Part shown: in pieces, positions 1-11,300 of the stretch | Numbering within the stretch: the stretch's first letter is position 1 | Layout of the letters: the number at the start of each line of letters is the position of its first letter | From: Paludibacteraceae bacterium | Lineage (GTDB): Bacteria; Bacteroidota; Bacteroidia; Bacteroidales; Paludibacteraceae | Length of the DNA stretch: 64,000 nt | Direction: 5' to 3' | Assembly: GCA_905236355.1 (NCBI GenBank) | Contig: CAJOPG010000134.1 | Coordinates: 4,595-68,594, forward strand | Position numbers and translations under genes: made by a program | The notes under the pieces: generated by a model | The model's input: only the letters and a program-made list of their open reading frames with translations | What the model was told of the DNA's origin: nothing | Databases searched by the model: none

Positions 1-3000
1 GTTCAATGCCATAAGCAGTGAGGTCAATCTCTGTGGCATCAGCCTGTTTCCAAGACTGCGCATTATCGGTACTTACCAGAACCAGCAAACGGCTGCTGGA
101 AATTTTGTTCGGATCGGTATTATCGCCTTGGAGCGGATGATACAGATAGGTAATATCAAATAGCAACTGTGCATCGTCAGTTATTGCATATTGCGGTGTG
201 ATGAGCCACTTGGTATTTGTCTTGTTATACTCTCCTCCATTATCCCATGAGCATATCTGCTGTGTATTGTCCATCCAGTTATGCCAAAAGTCGGCATTAT
301 GCCAGGAACGAGAAGGATAGTAGGTGCTATTCTGACTCTGCTCTGAAATATTGTAGTTGCCGTTATAGATGGATGCTCCGTTGAATACATCGTTCACCGG
401 AATATTGAGCACAATATTCTCCCAGCAGTTGATTTGAACCGCTGACAATGCGGGTAATGTAGAGAAATCTTCCAGCAACGGCAAATCATATACGCCGCAT
501 AGTGTTCTGAATGTGGCAGGCACGCTCTTGTTGCTCGTTTCGTTTTCGCCGCATACCGTTTGAACGGAAACAGTATAATCGGTTCCGGAAAGCAAACCTG
601 TGAGTGTATAGGGCTGCTCGGTTACATAGATGCTCTCTTCGCCGGTGCCGTCATCATAGTAGATATTCCATGCACTGCCGCCATTTGTCTGCCAGTTCAC
701 AGTTGCCTGATTTTCTTCAATCTGTGTTATCTCCACCTTGGTAGCGGGAACACACGAGGGCAATTGTGTAATCTGAATCGACTTTACACCTACTGTTGCC
801 TGCGAGTTGCCTTTGATAACAAGGAAGTTGCCGGTACCGGAATACGAGTTGGTATAGAACTCAAACTCTTCGGAATCAATATAGAGATAGGATCCGTAGG
901 TACTATTGGTATTCCGCATCTGATAGGTGTAGAGTGTCTCAAAGTCGTCCATACTATTAGGAGCAGAAACCACACCTACATAGATAGGATAGGATGCCGT
1001 GGATGTTACATTCCATACTTCCATTTTTATATCCAGATTGTTGATAGGCGCATCCAGCAAGGGCAATATAGCATATCCGTCCTTCGGAATTGACAGATAA
1101 TTATACTTGTCGGAAGCACCACTCAGTTGCATCTCCGGAGTCTTCACAGCATGTGATGTTGCGGCAACCCCCTGCGAGAGAGTCCAGCATTCAGGTGTTT
1201 CGCCGAACAACTCGGTAAAGGGCACTCCATACGCCTCACAAGCGGTGACAAAATCGTACTCTTTAAAAGTATCTGTAGGTGCACCCACACATATACTGCG
1301 TACATAGAAGGCATACTCGGTATTGGGCTGGAGGCCGCTTATGGTGTAAGTAGGACCGGATGTGATGGTCTCATGTGAGATGAGATCTTCTTCTGCTATT
1401 TCAAACGGATTACTCAGTTTCTTATAGGGCGAAACAACCACCTCGAAATTCTTGAGTTTGCCGCCGTACCATGAGAACGACGCAGAATTGCCACTTACTG
1501 CGGTCAGCTTCACATTCTTGGACTCTGTGCATTCATAATCTTCAATGCTTATGCTGTCAATAGCAACCGGTTCTCCCAATTCGCCCTGCATATACCAGTT
1601 CCACAAAATGTATAGTTGATAAGTTCCGGCCTTCGTTATATCCTTCTTTTCTACTACTTCCACCCACTCACCATCAGTATGGAACACGCGCTGATTATTT
1701 CCGGATGTTCCATTATACGGAATCAGCACATACGACGGATTGCTTTCACTATCCGAAACATAGCTTATGCTGTTGTTTGACAGTGTCTTTATTCCGGAAG
1801 AAGAACCGCCTGTAAATCTAGCTGACGCCGGAACCAACAATACTGCCGGAGCATCTCCGTCATACAGACCGTTGCTCTTGATGCGCATATAGAAGGTGTA
1901 TGAGCCGGGAGCGTCTATCTCTATGGTGCGACGGGCGCGTACAGTACCGAAACCGTCGGGTTTGTAGTAGTGGTAATTCTCACCATCGTCTGATATAAAC
2001 AATGCCTTTTCGCCTGTACCGCCCACTTGGGCTGCATCGCCAATGATGAAGGCATTATGATAGGTCTTCAAATTGAGGTTGTTATTGAACTCCCACAAAG
2101 CATTGTCCTCTGCATCTTCAAATCCAGTATAATACGGGATACCGTGTGCCGCCTTTACCAAATGAACCGATATCGGACCCGTCCAACCGTCATACGAAAC
2201 GGCTCTTACATAGATGTCATAAGAGGTATCTGCTGTAAGTCCGGTCAAAGTATCAGAGGTTGCAGAAATATTCTTCTGTATTCCTTCACCCAAAGCAAAG
2301 CCGCTCTCACCATACTCAACCACCCATTCTTCTACACCCGCCGTATATTCATCAAATGAGAAGGCCGCCCATGTATCACCGAAATCATTCAATGTAAGAT
2401 TATCTACAGGGAATGAAGTCTCAGTGGTTATAAGGAAATTGTCAATCGTTGTAGTATAATTGGAAGTGGTCAAATAGACATACTTGAACTCTTGTACAGA
2501 TTCAAGAACATCACCCACAGGAATTATCACTTTTACAAAACCTGCACCGCCCAGCAGAGTAATTGTCCTTAGCAGTTCGGCATTGGTCACGCCCTCTGCA
2601 TTGTTGGTGGTTGCCAAATAAACGGATAACTCCGTTTGATAGGCAGCAGTTGCAGATGATCCCTGATTCCTTACATCCATACTGATGGTTGCCTTCTTCC
2701 AATCAGCAACACTCAAGGCAGGCGTCATCAATTGGGCACCTTTCGCCAGGTTAAGTGAAACACTACCTCCTTTCTGGTAGGCCGTCGTTGTACTGAGAGC
2801 CCCTGTTGCATTCACTATCGTCCAACCGCAACCTGTTGCCACTGTGGGAGCAGTTACATTCTCCATATAGGGATATTCAAAATCTTCCTTATACGGAAGC
2901 GATGACGCAGGCGCCGACTCTACTGTGGTACGGAAAACAAGCGGCTCGCTCCAGACTGACTGCTTGCCCTCTTTTTCTGCACGCACATACGCTGCATACA

Positions 3001-6000
3001 CCGTGTTGGGCAGAAGACCCGCTACATCAACATAATCGGCAGCTGTCACCACGGTATCAACTACTGCTGCATCATTGTCAACATCGCCGAGACCCCCTTT
3101 CAATAGTCTCACACGGAAACTGATACCCTCTTTATGCGTCATCTGCCAAGAAATGGTTGCTTTGTCGGTAGTGCCATTCTCTTCACGAGCACGATTCTTA
3201 GCCCATACGGCAAACGGCTCTATCAGTTCTTCCGTATCACGCAGTTTGACTGTGATGTTATCCAAATAGAAATTACCGGCACTTAAAGCCCCATTGGACA
3301 GAGCATGTGCCTCCATCGGCCGGATAGCTATATAATGACCAACCTTGTTCTCATTCTCCGGAACATAATTTTCAAAGGTGAAGATATGTTTTATCCACCA
3401 TGTTGAATCATTATTGAAACTGAAATAGCCATATACACGCCTTGCACTATCCTTTTCTGCAGGCAGAACACTTGAGTAGGTGCTCGGATCGGTAGGATCA
3501 TACATCACACCCACATCAAAGTAGTTATAATCCGGATTGGTTAACTTTGCCGTATTGGTGTAGAATTCCAACTGCAACTTCTTGATATCATCCGTCTGGA
3601 ACGGAGGCAGAACCAAATAGTTGGCCTTGTCCTTGGAGGTCTTCATGTGCATACCGTATGTACCCAATGGTTGCGCTAAGGTTGCGCCACCGTTTTGCTG
3701 ATACATAAATATCATACTGTTTTCCTCCCCGCAGGTCATGAAACCGGATGGAACATAAATAATCTGTGCGTCAGTATTAGTGATAACACCTTCCGGCTCT
3801 TCTTCAAAACCATTGAAGTAAGGTAACGGTTTTGCTTTGGTCAAAGTCTTGAAGGTAACGGCATCACTCCAATCGCCTGCACATCCTTCAGCCGGACGAA
3901 CTGACTGAACATATACATAGTAGGTGGTGAGTTCCTCCAAACCGGTAAGTCCCTTTTGAGGAGTATCACTTACCACGCCGTCAAACACATCTGCAGTCTC
4001 TGTAAGATCATTCATTGCTACCGACGACACTTTCAGGTTCCATTGAGTCTCATACGTAGCAGGTTGCCAGGTAATGGCGGCACTGACTGAATCTATATTA
4101 TTCACGCTAATTTGTGTAACTTTTGCACAAGTCGGAATTGCCTCCACCAAAATATCGTCCACAAAGCCGCCTGTATAACTGGTACCGAAACCATAACCTT
4201 CCGTATTCTTGAAGAAATCATAGTCGGCACGGATAGCAATCTTACCCTCTACATCATCCGACAACGACGAGAAGTTCACAACACATTCCGTCCACTGACC
4301 TGTTGCACCCACTATGTTTTGCACAGGAATAAACTCTGTATCAGTCTGCACACCTACACGCACAGCACAATGATACGAAGAATAGGGAGCAAGATAGAAG
4401 GTCAACTGCAAAGTGTTGAGCTGGGCAGGCATCTCAGGCAAATCAATCTGCATCAGTTTGGAACTGGCAGTAGAACCCGCCTGAAATTTCACTATATAGT
4501 GATTTGGATTGGTCGCCGCTACATATCTTGATTCTGCCGGTATTTCCGTCAAACCCTGCCCCATAATATGATCAGGACAAACAGTTGAGCCAAAACTTGT
4601 TCCCGTAGCCGTTGCCAAGGTGGGATTCCCGACACCATTGGCATAACTGATACATGGCGTGAGCCATTTATTGGTGGCATCATACGCAGTAGTCGCACCT
4701 ACATAGTTGAACGACTCAAACCAAGGCAAAGTGATACTTCCACAAGTGGTTTTGAAACTTGTGCCGGCATAGTTGCCTGTCTCCGAACCTGTCTGCGCTG
4801 CCACATACACATAATACATCTTGCTCATGTCAAGTCCCGTTAGTGTGTATGGTTTGCTCGTTGCTGTTACCTCTTTCACAGGAGCGGCCCCTTCTACCGA
4901 CGGATTCAATATGGACGAGTCATATACTTTGATGTCCCACTGCGTGGCATTGCCATTCTCTGTCCACGAAAGCACAGCGCCATCACTGGTAGGCTCTGCT
5001 GTAAGACCGGTTATCGGACAGGGAGAAGACGACAAACCTATGAAAAGATTATCTATGTAATATTGCGCACACTTATACCATGTAGTATTAGTCGTTGGCC
5101 AATCACTGTCAACAGGTTCGGGCACTTCCGCCAAGAGAACCAGATACTCTTCATCAGTTGACACATAATCTGACAATTTCAAGTTAAAGAACTTCGGTTT
5201 CTTCGCCTCATCCAACTCAATTTGACATATCTTCTTGATATCGCTGACTGACGACGGATTTTGGGTGTTGCTGACACCTATCCACAATTTATCAAGATAG
5301 TAGGTGTAAGTCGCAGTAGTAGCATTATTTACATAGGCATAGAACTGCATTACCATATCCTTAGCCTTTGAACCGGTAAACTGCGGCAACACTGCGTATG
5401 CCGTACGCGCATTCACATATATAGAATTCGTTGATGATGCACGCCTAAGTGCTAAATAGCCATTTAATTCCAAACTATTCTTGACAATATCGGCAGGTGC
5501 GCCTGTCCATGCAGTGGTAGTAACATACGCCCCATAGGTAGCAGTGGTTGACTGGAAGTTGCCTGTCACCCAGTTGGCAGGATGATAAGCAGTTCCCGTG
5601 CCGGCAGTTCCAGATGCATTCACTCCGGATGTGAAGTCGTAAAATACAGGCAAGGTTAATGCATCAGGAGTAGTAACGGTTGTGCCCTGCCACTCGCTTT
5701 CTTCACAATTGGCACGAACATATACATAATAAGTGGTATTCTTTGAAAGACCATTGATAGTAGCAGACTGAACCGACACTATCTGATCATACATATCTGC
5801 ACTTGCCGACATATCCGACAATTCAACGGAACTTACTTTAACCTCCCACTCCGTTGCTTTGCCGATTTCGTTCCATGACAAAGCAATAGTAGATATGGAT
5901 TCTGCCACCGCCGCCAGATTCTGCACATTGAAGCATGTAGGCGCCTTCACGAGAGAGATGTTGTCAACATAAGGCGCAAAAGTGGAGGCAGCCGGCAGCG

Positions 6001-8113
6001 TGCGGAAAGTAAGAAACTTGCCCGTCCCTGCATATTTCTCCAGGTTGAGAGCAATATGCTGCCAGCCCGAGGAGGCCTCCGTCGTTAAAGAAATAGTATC
6101 TATCGCCGTAAAGTTGGCACCCTCGTTCTTAAACATCTGTCCGGCACCTTTGTCCCAAGTCTGCTCCTCACTTACGCCTATTACAATCTTCCCGTCAATA
6201 TTGGACGAATGTACATCAAACTCCAACAAACATTCGTTCAGCGCAGGAGCATCGTTTGGCATAGCCGGAAGCATAGCGTATGCCACTCTCGTGCTCAAAC
6301 CACTTAACTGTAATGATGCTGACACATAGTTGCTTCCGCCGGCATCTTCTGATGTGCTTACATAAGCCCAACCTGTTGAGGTCGTCTTCCCGCTGTTATA
6401 AGAATACTCCTCATCGGTATCTACTGTACGACCGCCTACTACCCACCCCAAAGGTACGGCATAACGGTCGTCTGTATAAAACTCGGCATCATACTTGTCA
6501 AACTTCTCCGAATAGGGGAAGGTAATCTCTTTGGCTGTTTTGAAACTGAATTCTTCCGACCACAACAAAGCACCCTGACAAGAACTGTTTACATATACAT
6601 AATAAGTCGTACTCGGGGTCAGACCGGTTACCGTATATGGATTCTGTGTCGTCTCATACAACTCATCCAATTCGGCAACAAAATCTTCGTCAGACAACTG
6701 TGCATTGCTCAAAGCGGTAGGCGAAACAATCACATTCCATGCATTCGCACCCGCACTTTCCGTCCATGAGAGTTTGGCACTCTTGTCGCCTATCTCTGAA
6801 GCCCGCACAAAAATAGGTGCTAAACACTCTTGAGCCGGTTCCAAACGAACATTGTCAATATAGACCTTGTTTGAGGCATTTGCATCACCGCCGCGGAATG
6901 CGATATAACCTCCTTTCCCCTCAAGCGACTTGAGCAGACAGGTAATCTTCACCCACCTATGGGCAGAAGGTAACGAATAGGATGGTCCTTCTTTGAAGTC
7001 CACACCGTCAGGAGCCGCACTCGCTCCTATGGTAATCGACCTGTTTACCGTCCCGTCATCTGTTGCCGCATAGAACGACAATTGATAATCCGATAAGTTG
7101 CCCGAAATATAAGGGATATACAAATATGCAAATTTCCCGCTTGCCGTTGAAAATACATAGGAAGAGGAACCTTCATAAGCATAAGAAGAAGATACACCGA
7201 CTATGTCGCTACTGCCCGTAGAGGGCACCAAGGTCCAGCAAGTGGACAATTCTGCCTCAAAATCTTCTTGAAGAACTTCGCCTGAAAGAATGGAACAGGT
7301 AGTCTTAAAACTCTGCTCTACCCAAGGACCACCAACCGACTCCGTGCAAATATACTGAAGATATACATAATAGGTCGTGTTGGCGGACAAAACTATTCCC
7401 TTATCAGCAAATGAGAAATCAAAGTTCTCCAGTTCCGCATTGTCATAAATATCTGCCTCTTCAACACCGGGATCTGCTAATTGACGGGTCGATACCTTCA
7501 AGTGAGAGAATTCCAAATTGTCGGCATCAGGTGCCACCCAGGCAAGAGTGGCAGAAGAAGAAGTTATCTCTGTCACCTCTTCAAATTCGGGAATATAATT
7601 GCACTCTGCAACCAAACGGTTCGTGATATTCACATTATCCACCTGTATTCCACCCGCAAAGGCAGGACGGGCAGATAGTGCAATCAGGACTTTGTTGCCT
7701 TGTGCGACGGCAGGAAGCAAAACACTCGTTTGAGTTTGATTCTTCTTCACATCGCTCAATTGCAGCAATGTCTGCCACTCGTCATCAGCCTGTTTCTTCC
7801 ACAATATAGACAATGTGTCAGCAATAGAGGTCCCCTCGTAGGGCAATAAAGCATACGAAAGGATAATCTGTGTTTCCTCTACCGGAGTCGTCAGATCGAG
7901 AACCGGCAAAACAAGTGTATCTGCCACATTCTGATCTGTCTTAAATACAGCACACGAGTTCGCAAATTGCCACACTGAACCCGTCTGTGTCCAGCCTTCC
8001 GGCAATGCATTACTCTCAAAGTCCTCTGCCAGAACATTTGTCTGACCATTGGTAACTACTGTCGCAAACAACAACAGACACAAGGTTAACCAACGAGTAA
8101 ACATCTTTTTCAT
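1..8113 (-). CDS. Giant (>2700 aa, 3' end outside window) exported surface protein with alternating fibronectin type III and MAM/cleaved-adhesin-like beta-sandwich modules
   Basis: ATG at 8113-8111 gives MKKMFTRWLTLCLLLFATVVTNG|QTNVLAEDFESNALPEGW (signal peptide). The same frame is still open at the left edge (...NTKWLITPQYAITDDAQLLFDITY...VSTDNAQSWKQADATEIDLTAYGIE). About nine FN3 signatures (e.g. NTTYYVYLQ ~7380, STTYYVYVN ~6610, NTTYYVYVR ~5735, LTTYYVYVQ ~3925, NTEYAFYVR ~1325). Absence from the ORF track is consistent with no in-window stop. Confidence 0.88.
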   Translation of the reverse strand, partial: MKKMFTRWLTLCLLLFATVVTNGQTNVLAEDFESNALPEGWTQTGSVWQFANSCAVFKTDQNVADTLVLPVLDLTTPVEETQIILSYALLPYEGTSIADTLSILWKKQADDEWQTLLQLSDVKKNQTQTSVLLPAVAQGNKVLIALSARPAFAGGIQVDNVNITNRLVAECNYIPEFEEVTEITSSSATLAWVAPDADNLEFSHLKVSTRQLADPGVEEADIYDNAELENFDFSFADKGIVLSANTTYYVYLQYICTESVGGPWVEQSFKTTCSILSGEVLQEDFEAELSTCWTLVPSTGSSDIVGVSSSYAYEGSSSYVFSTASGKFAYLYIPYISGNLSDYQLSFYAATDDGTVNRSITIGASAAPDGVDFKEGPSYSLPSAHRWVKITCLLKSLEGKGGYIAFRGGDANASNKVYIDNVRLEPAQECLAPIFVRASEIGDKSAKLSWTESAGANAWNVIVSPTALSNAQLSDEDFVAELDELYETTQNPYTVTGLTPSTTYYVYVNSSCQGALLWSEEFSFKTAKEITFPYSEKFDKYDAEFYTDDRYAVPLGWVVGGRTVDTDEEYSYNSGKTTSTGWAYVSTSEDAGGSNYVSASLQLSGLSTRVAYAMLPAMPNDAPALNECLLEFDVHSSNIDGKIVIGVSEEQTWDKGAGQMFKNEGANFTAIDTISLTTEASSGWQHIALNLEKYAGTGKFLTFRTLPAASTFAPYVDNISLVKAPTCFNVQNLAAVAESISTIALSWNEIGKATEWEVKVSSVELSDMSASADMYDQIVSVQSATINGLSKNTTYYVYVRANCEESEWQGTTVTTPDALTLPVFYDFTSGVNASGTAGTGTAYHPANWVTGNFQSTTATYGAYVTTTAWTGAPADIVKNSLELNGYLALRRASSTNSIYVNARTAYAVLPQFTGSKAKDMVMQFYAYVNNATTATYTYYLDKLWIGVSNTQNPSSVSDIKKICQIELDEAKKPKFFNLKLSDYVSTDEEYLVLLAEVPEPVDSDWPTTNTTWYKCAQYYIDNLFIGLSSSPCPITGLTAEPTSDGAVLSWTENGNATQWDIKVYDSSILNPSVEGAAPVKEVTATSKPYTLTGLDMSKMYYVYVAAQTGSETGNYAGTSFKTTCGSITLPWFESFNYVGATTAYDATNKWLTPCISYANGVGNPTLATATGTSFGSTVCPDHIMGQGLTEIPAESRYVAATNPNHYIVKFQAGSTASSKLMQIDLPEMPAQLNTLQLTFYLAPYSSYHCAVRVGVQTDTEFIPVQNIVGATGQWTECVVNFSSLSDDVEGKIAIRADYDFFKNTEGYGFGTSYTGGFVDDILVEAIPTCAKVTQISVNNIDSVSAAITWQPATYETQWNLKVSSVAMNDLTETADVFDGVVSDTPQKGLTGLEELTTYYVYVQSVRPAEGCAGDWSDAVTFKTLTKAKPLPYFNGFEEEPEGVITNTDAQIIYVPSGFMTCGEENSMIFMYQQNGGATLAQPLGTYGMHMKTSKDKANYLVLPPFQTDDIKKLQLEFYTNTAKLTNPDYNYFDVGVMYDPTDPSTYSSVLPAEKDSARRVYGYFSFNNDSTWWIKHIFTFENYVPENENKVGHYIAIRPMEAHALSNGALSAGNFYLDNITVKLRDTEELIEPFAVWAKNRAREENGTTDKATISWQMTHKEGISFRVRLLKGGLGDVDNDAAVVDTVVTAADYVDVAGLLPNTVYAAYVRAEKEGKQSVWSEPLVFRTTVESAPASSLPYKEDFEYPYMENVTAPTVATGCGWTIVNATGALSTTTAYQKGGSVSLNLAKGAQLMTPALSVADWKKATISMDVRNQGSSATAAYQTELSVYLATTNNAEGVTNAELLRTITLLGGAGFVKVIIPVGDVLESVQEFKYVYLTTSNYTTTIDNFLITTETSFPVDNLTLNDFGDTWAAFSFDEYTAGVEEWVVEYGESGFALGEGIQKNISATSDTLTGLTADTSYDIYVRAVSYDGWTGPISVHLVKAAHGIPYYTGFEDAEDNALWEFNNNLNLKTYHNAFIIGDAAQVGGTGEKALFISDDGENYHYYKPDGFGTVRARRTIEIDAPGSYTFYMRIKSNGLYDGDAPAVLLVPASARFTGGSSSGIKTLSNNSISYVSDSESNPSYVLIPYNGTSGNNQRVFHTDGEWVEVVEKKDITKAGTYQLYILWNWYMQGELGEPVAIDSISIEDYECTESKNVKLTAVSGNSASFSWYGGKLKNFEVVVSPYKKLSNPFEIAEEDLISHETITSGPTYTISGLQPNTEYAFYVRSICVGAPTDTFKEYDFVTACEAYGVPFTELFGETPECWTLSQGVAATSHAVKTPEMQLSGASDKYNYLSIPKDGYAILPLLDAPINNLDIKMEVWNVTSTASYPIYVGVVSAPNSMDDFETLYTYQMRNTNSTYGSYLYIDSEEFEFYTNSYSGTGNFLVIKGNSQATVGVKSIQITQLPSCVPATKVEITQIEENQATVNWQTNGGSAWNIYYDDGTGEESIYVTEQPYTLTGLLSGTDYTVSVQTVCGENETSNKSVPATFRTLCGVYDLPLLEDFSTLPALSAVQINCWENIVLNIPVNDVFNGASIYNGNYNISEQSQNSTYYPSRSWHNADFWHNWMDNTQQICSWDNGGEYNKTNTKWLITPQYAITDDAQLLFDITYLYHPLQGDNTDPNKISSSRLLVLVSTDNAQSWKQADATEIDLTAYGIE

Positions 8114-8314
8114 ACCTTAAATAGTTTTAGTTTGGTTTTTATCTGATTATTCTCTTTTCTTCTAAAAGAAAAAGTCGTTTGTCCGAAACTAACATCCAAA
8201 AAGCACCTCCGCAACTCATTGTATCTCAACAGGGCACTTGGATTCTTTCCATGTTCTTCTAATCACACACGATTATACATCGTAATCAACATAATAGATT
8301 CTACCTTCCCAGCC

Positions 8315-11300
8315 TTATCTTACTTGTATAACAACAACTCTGCCCTTGTCATTCCGAGGCTGAAGCTGCAAAAAATAAATCCCTTTTGACACATTCAACG
8401 AAACAAATGTCTGCCCCTCTTCCAACTGCTGCTGCAACAACAACACACCATCTACACCAACCAAACGCATCATAGCAGATTCCGAAAGACGAATCCTAAC
8501 CGGAACACCCTCGCTCACAACCGTCGGAGTAATTTCTATTTCACTATCAGCCACAGCCGTTGCCACTATCGGACAAGACATTACACCCCGTTCCGCACTA
8601 ATAGTGAACAACTCGACTGAATACTCCGCACCAATCTCCAAACCATCCGGCACATACAGATACGGAGAATCGGCATTGTCAACAGCAACCGCATTCTTAT
8701 ACCATTGATATCGGGCATACTCAGTTTCACTGCTCTTTATTCCTATAACATCGCTCCAACGCTGTGATAACAAAGAAGACGGATATCTCACCATTATTTC
8801 TATAGGCAAAAGCACAGTGCCGTTCTCTTCGCTCTCAAAACGAAGTTGCAGGCTATACCAGCCGGGGATATTCGCAGGAATGGACAACAACATTTCCCCC
8901 TCTTGTAATGTGAATACAAACACCGTGTCCCTCCAACCTGCTACAATTGCTTCTTCAGAGAATTCCACCTTGCATCCGGATGCAGTGCCCGATGTCACCT
9001 TATAGGGAATGGCAACCGTTTTCTCATCACCACAGGGCATCAGTACTGAATCTGCCACAACCCTCAAGCGGGGAACCACTGTCAGATTCACGGTAAGCAC
9101 ACTGTCACAGCCTGCAGTTGACACAAAATTGTAAGTGTATGTATCAGTCTGTGTCATTGCCACTCCATCACACCAAAGCGTATCCCCTTCGGCAAGAACA
9201 GTGTCAAGCCTGACTTCAATCTTATCTACAAACTTTATCTTTAACTGATGAACACTGTCACAACCGGCAATGGTCTTCCCCTCCGTTATAATAGTAGTGT
9301 CGGAGGATATCATTCGGCTCTGATACACATAGAAGTCCCCCGCACAAAGCTGTATGGAATCAGTAACAACAGTATCACTTATGGCTGGTATTACCAACTC
9401 CAAATACTGAGTGCTGTCACACAATCCCACCGCAGCCCTCAAAGAAACAAGATAACGACCACCCGTCGCCGGAACGGATATCTCCGGCTCCCAATCGTAT
9501 GTCTGGGAACCCAACTCGCCCAAATCCCATAATACATAATCGGGCCTCGCCTCCGTATCTATATATCTGTCCTCTTTTATTATCTTGGTACGGATATGAC
9601 TCGTGTTTACCAACCTTACTATATTCTTGCAATCCTTCTGCTGCAAGGAATAAGAAATCTCCGGTATAGGAAAACGAGGAGTAGCACAAGCCGTCAGCAC
9701 AAACGAACAACCGGCATCAGTCGGATAAATACATTCTACGGCATAATGAGTGGTATCGTCATAAGCCACAGGGAAAATGCGTTGATCTGCATTTGCTAGC
9801 TTTTCTGACGGGTTGGTTTCCTTATACCAGTGATATTTGAACCCTTCGGGGGCTATGAACTGCTCTGTAAGATTATTCCCGCATTGGATACCTTCAATAC
9901 CGCCTTTAATACAATTAAGTGTAAAATAGGCATAACCATAGTGAACGGAAGCCGTACACCCGTAAGCGGAAAGAACCACTTGAATATGCCGCCCGTCATA
10001 CTCTGCCAAATTAAGACCTATTGTTGTCCAGTCTTTCCATATTACCTTACTGTCCCCGTCTTCAATCGTCCCAAAATACCAACCTTCCTTCTTTGCATTA
10101 AGCAAAGTGGCGGCAAAATCAACTGTTGTGCAATGGCTCAATGCCTCTCCGGTTTCCGCATCCACAATATCCAATGTAAAACGAGGCTGCTGCAACTCAT
10201 CATGAGTGGGCACCTGCAACACTACTGCATACTTCAATATCAAATTGGAGGCATCCGCTTTGTCCACCACATAATCGTAAGTAACCCGCGCCACTCGGGC
10301 ATTCTCCTCCGATTTACCAGCCACGGAAGCAGGACGACCACGCCAACCATTGATACGCACAGAGGCTATCTCACCCTCAGGAATAGTGCGAAGCGGGTTC
10401 ACATCGTTCCCATCCTCATCCTTGCTGTTATAGGTGCGGGCATCATACTCGCCGGGAAGATAATGAATAGTATGGTATGAATATGAAGCCGCATAACCAT
10501 AGTCCAACTTACCCGGTTTATACTTGTTCTTTGTGTAATCAGATGCCGTCGAATCAGAATAAGAACAATTGTCATCCGTCAGGTCAAGGTAATTGAAACA
10601 ATTGGAATCATACACAATTACCGGCGGAAACGCATACCAAACACTTGTATCACCCTGACAATATACCTGCAAACTGACATTATACACACCATGCTGCAAA
10701 GGAACCGTCACAGAAGAACCGATAATGTCGTCTATCACTTGATATTCGTTCTCATCCAAACGACTATATCTCAAAGCAAACCTCTCTGCAGACGAGTGCC
10801 AGGAAAAAGTTGCCATCGTACCATGCATATTAACTTCCAAATCAGTCGGCCGCCCGCAATTGTTCCGGGCTATTTGAATATTATCTATACAAGCACCGGG
10901 AAGTAATACCGCAGCAGTACTTGTGGTACGCCAAACGAAAAGCAAACGGTGGGGTGTTCCATCTGATGTTAAAGAAGACATACCATGCTGCCACGCAGAA
11001 GAGCCATACAAAGTATCTACCCCCTGCAACTCCAATTCATTATCCGTTATCCATTTGCGCCCTGAAATGGTCGAATTGCTGCCACATACAAAATCGTCAA
11101 AATAGCTCTCCGGAACCCAGCATACCTTTATGTAAGAACCCGGTGTACCCATACTGCGCCAGTCAAACACAATATCATAATTTCCGCTCTCCAATGTCAA
11201 TTCTCTCCATGCTATCATAATCTGATTGGTCTGCGCATAAGAAGCCGTCACACCACCATCTGAAGAAATATACAAACTATTCGTTCCTCCATTGCTGACC

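Noticed and set aside
181..7678. Short ORFs listed by the track across 1-8 kb
   Set aside because: They are antisense or off-frame shadows of the giant minus-strand ORF and show no recognisable motifs.
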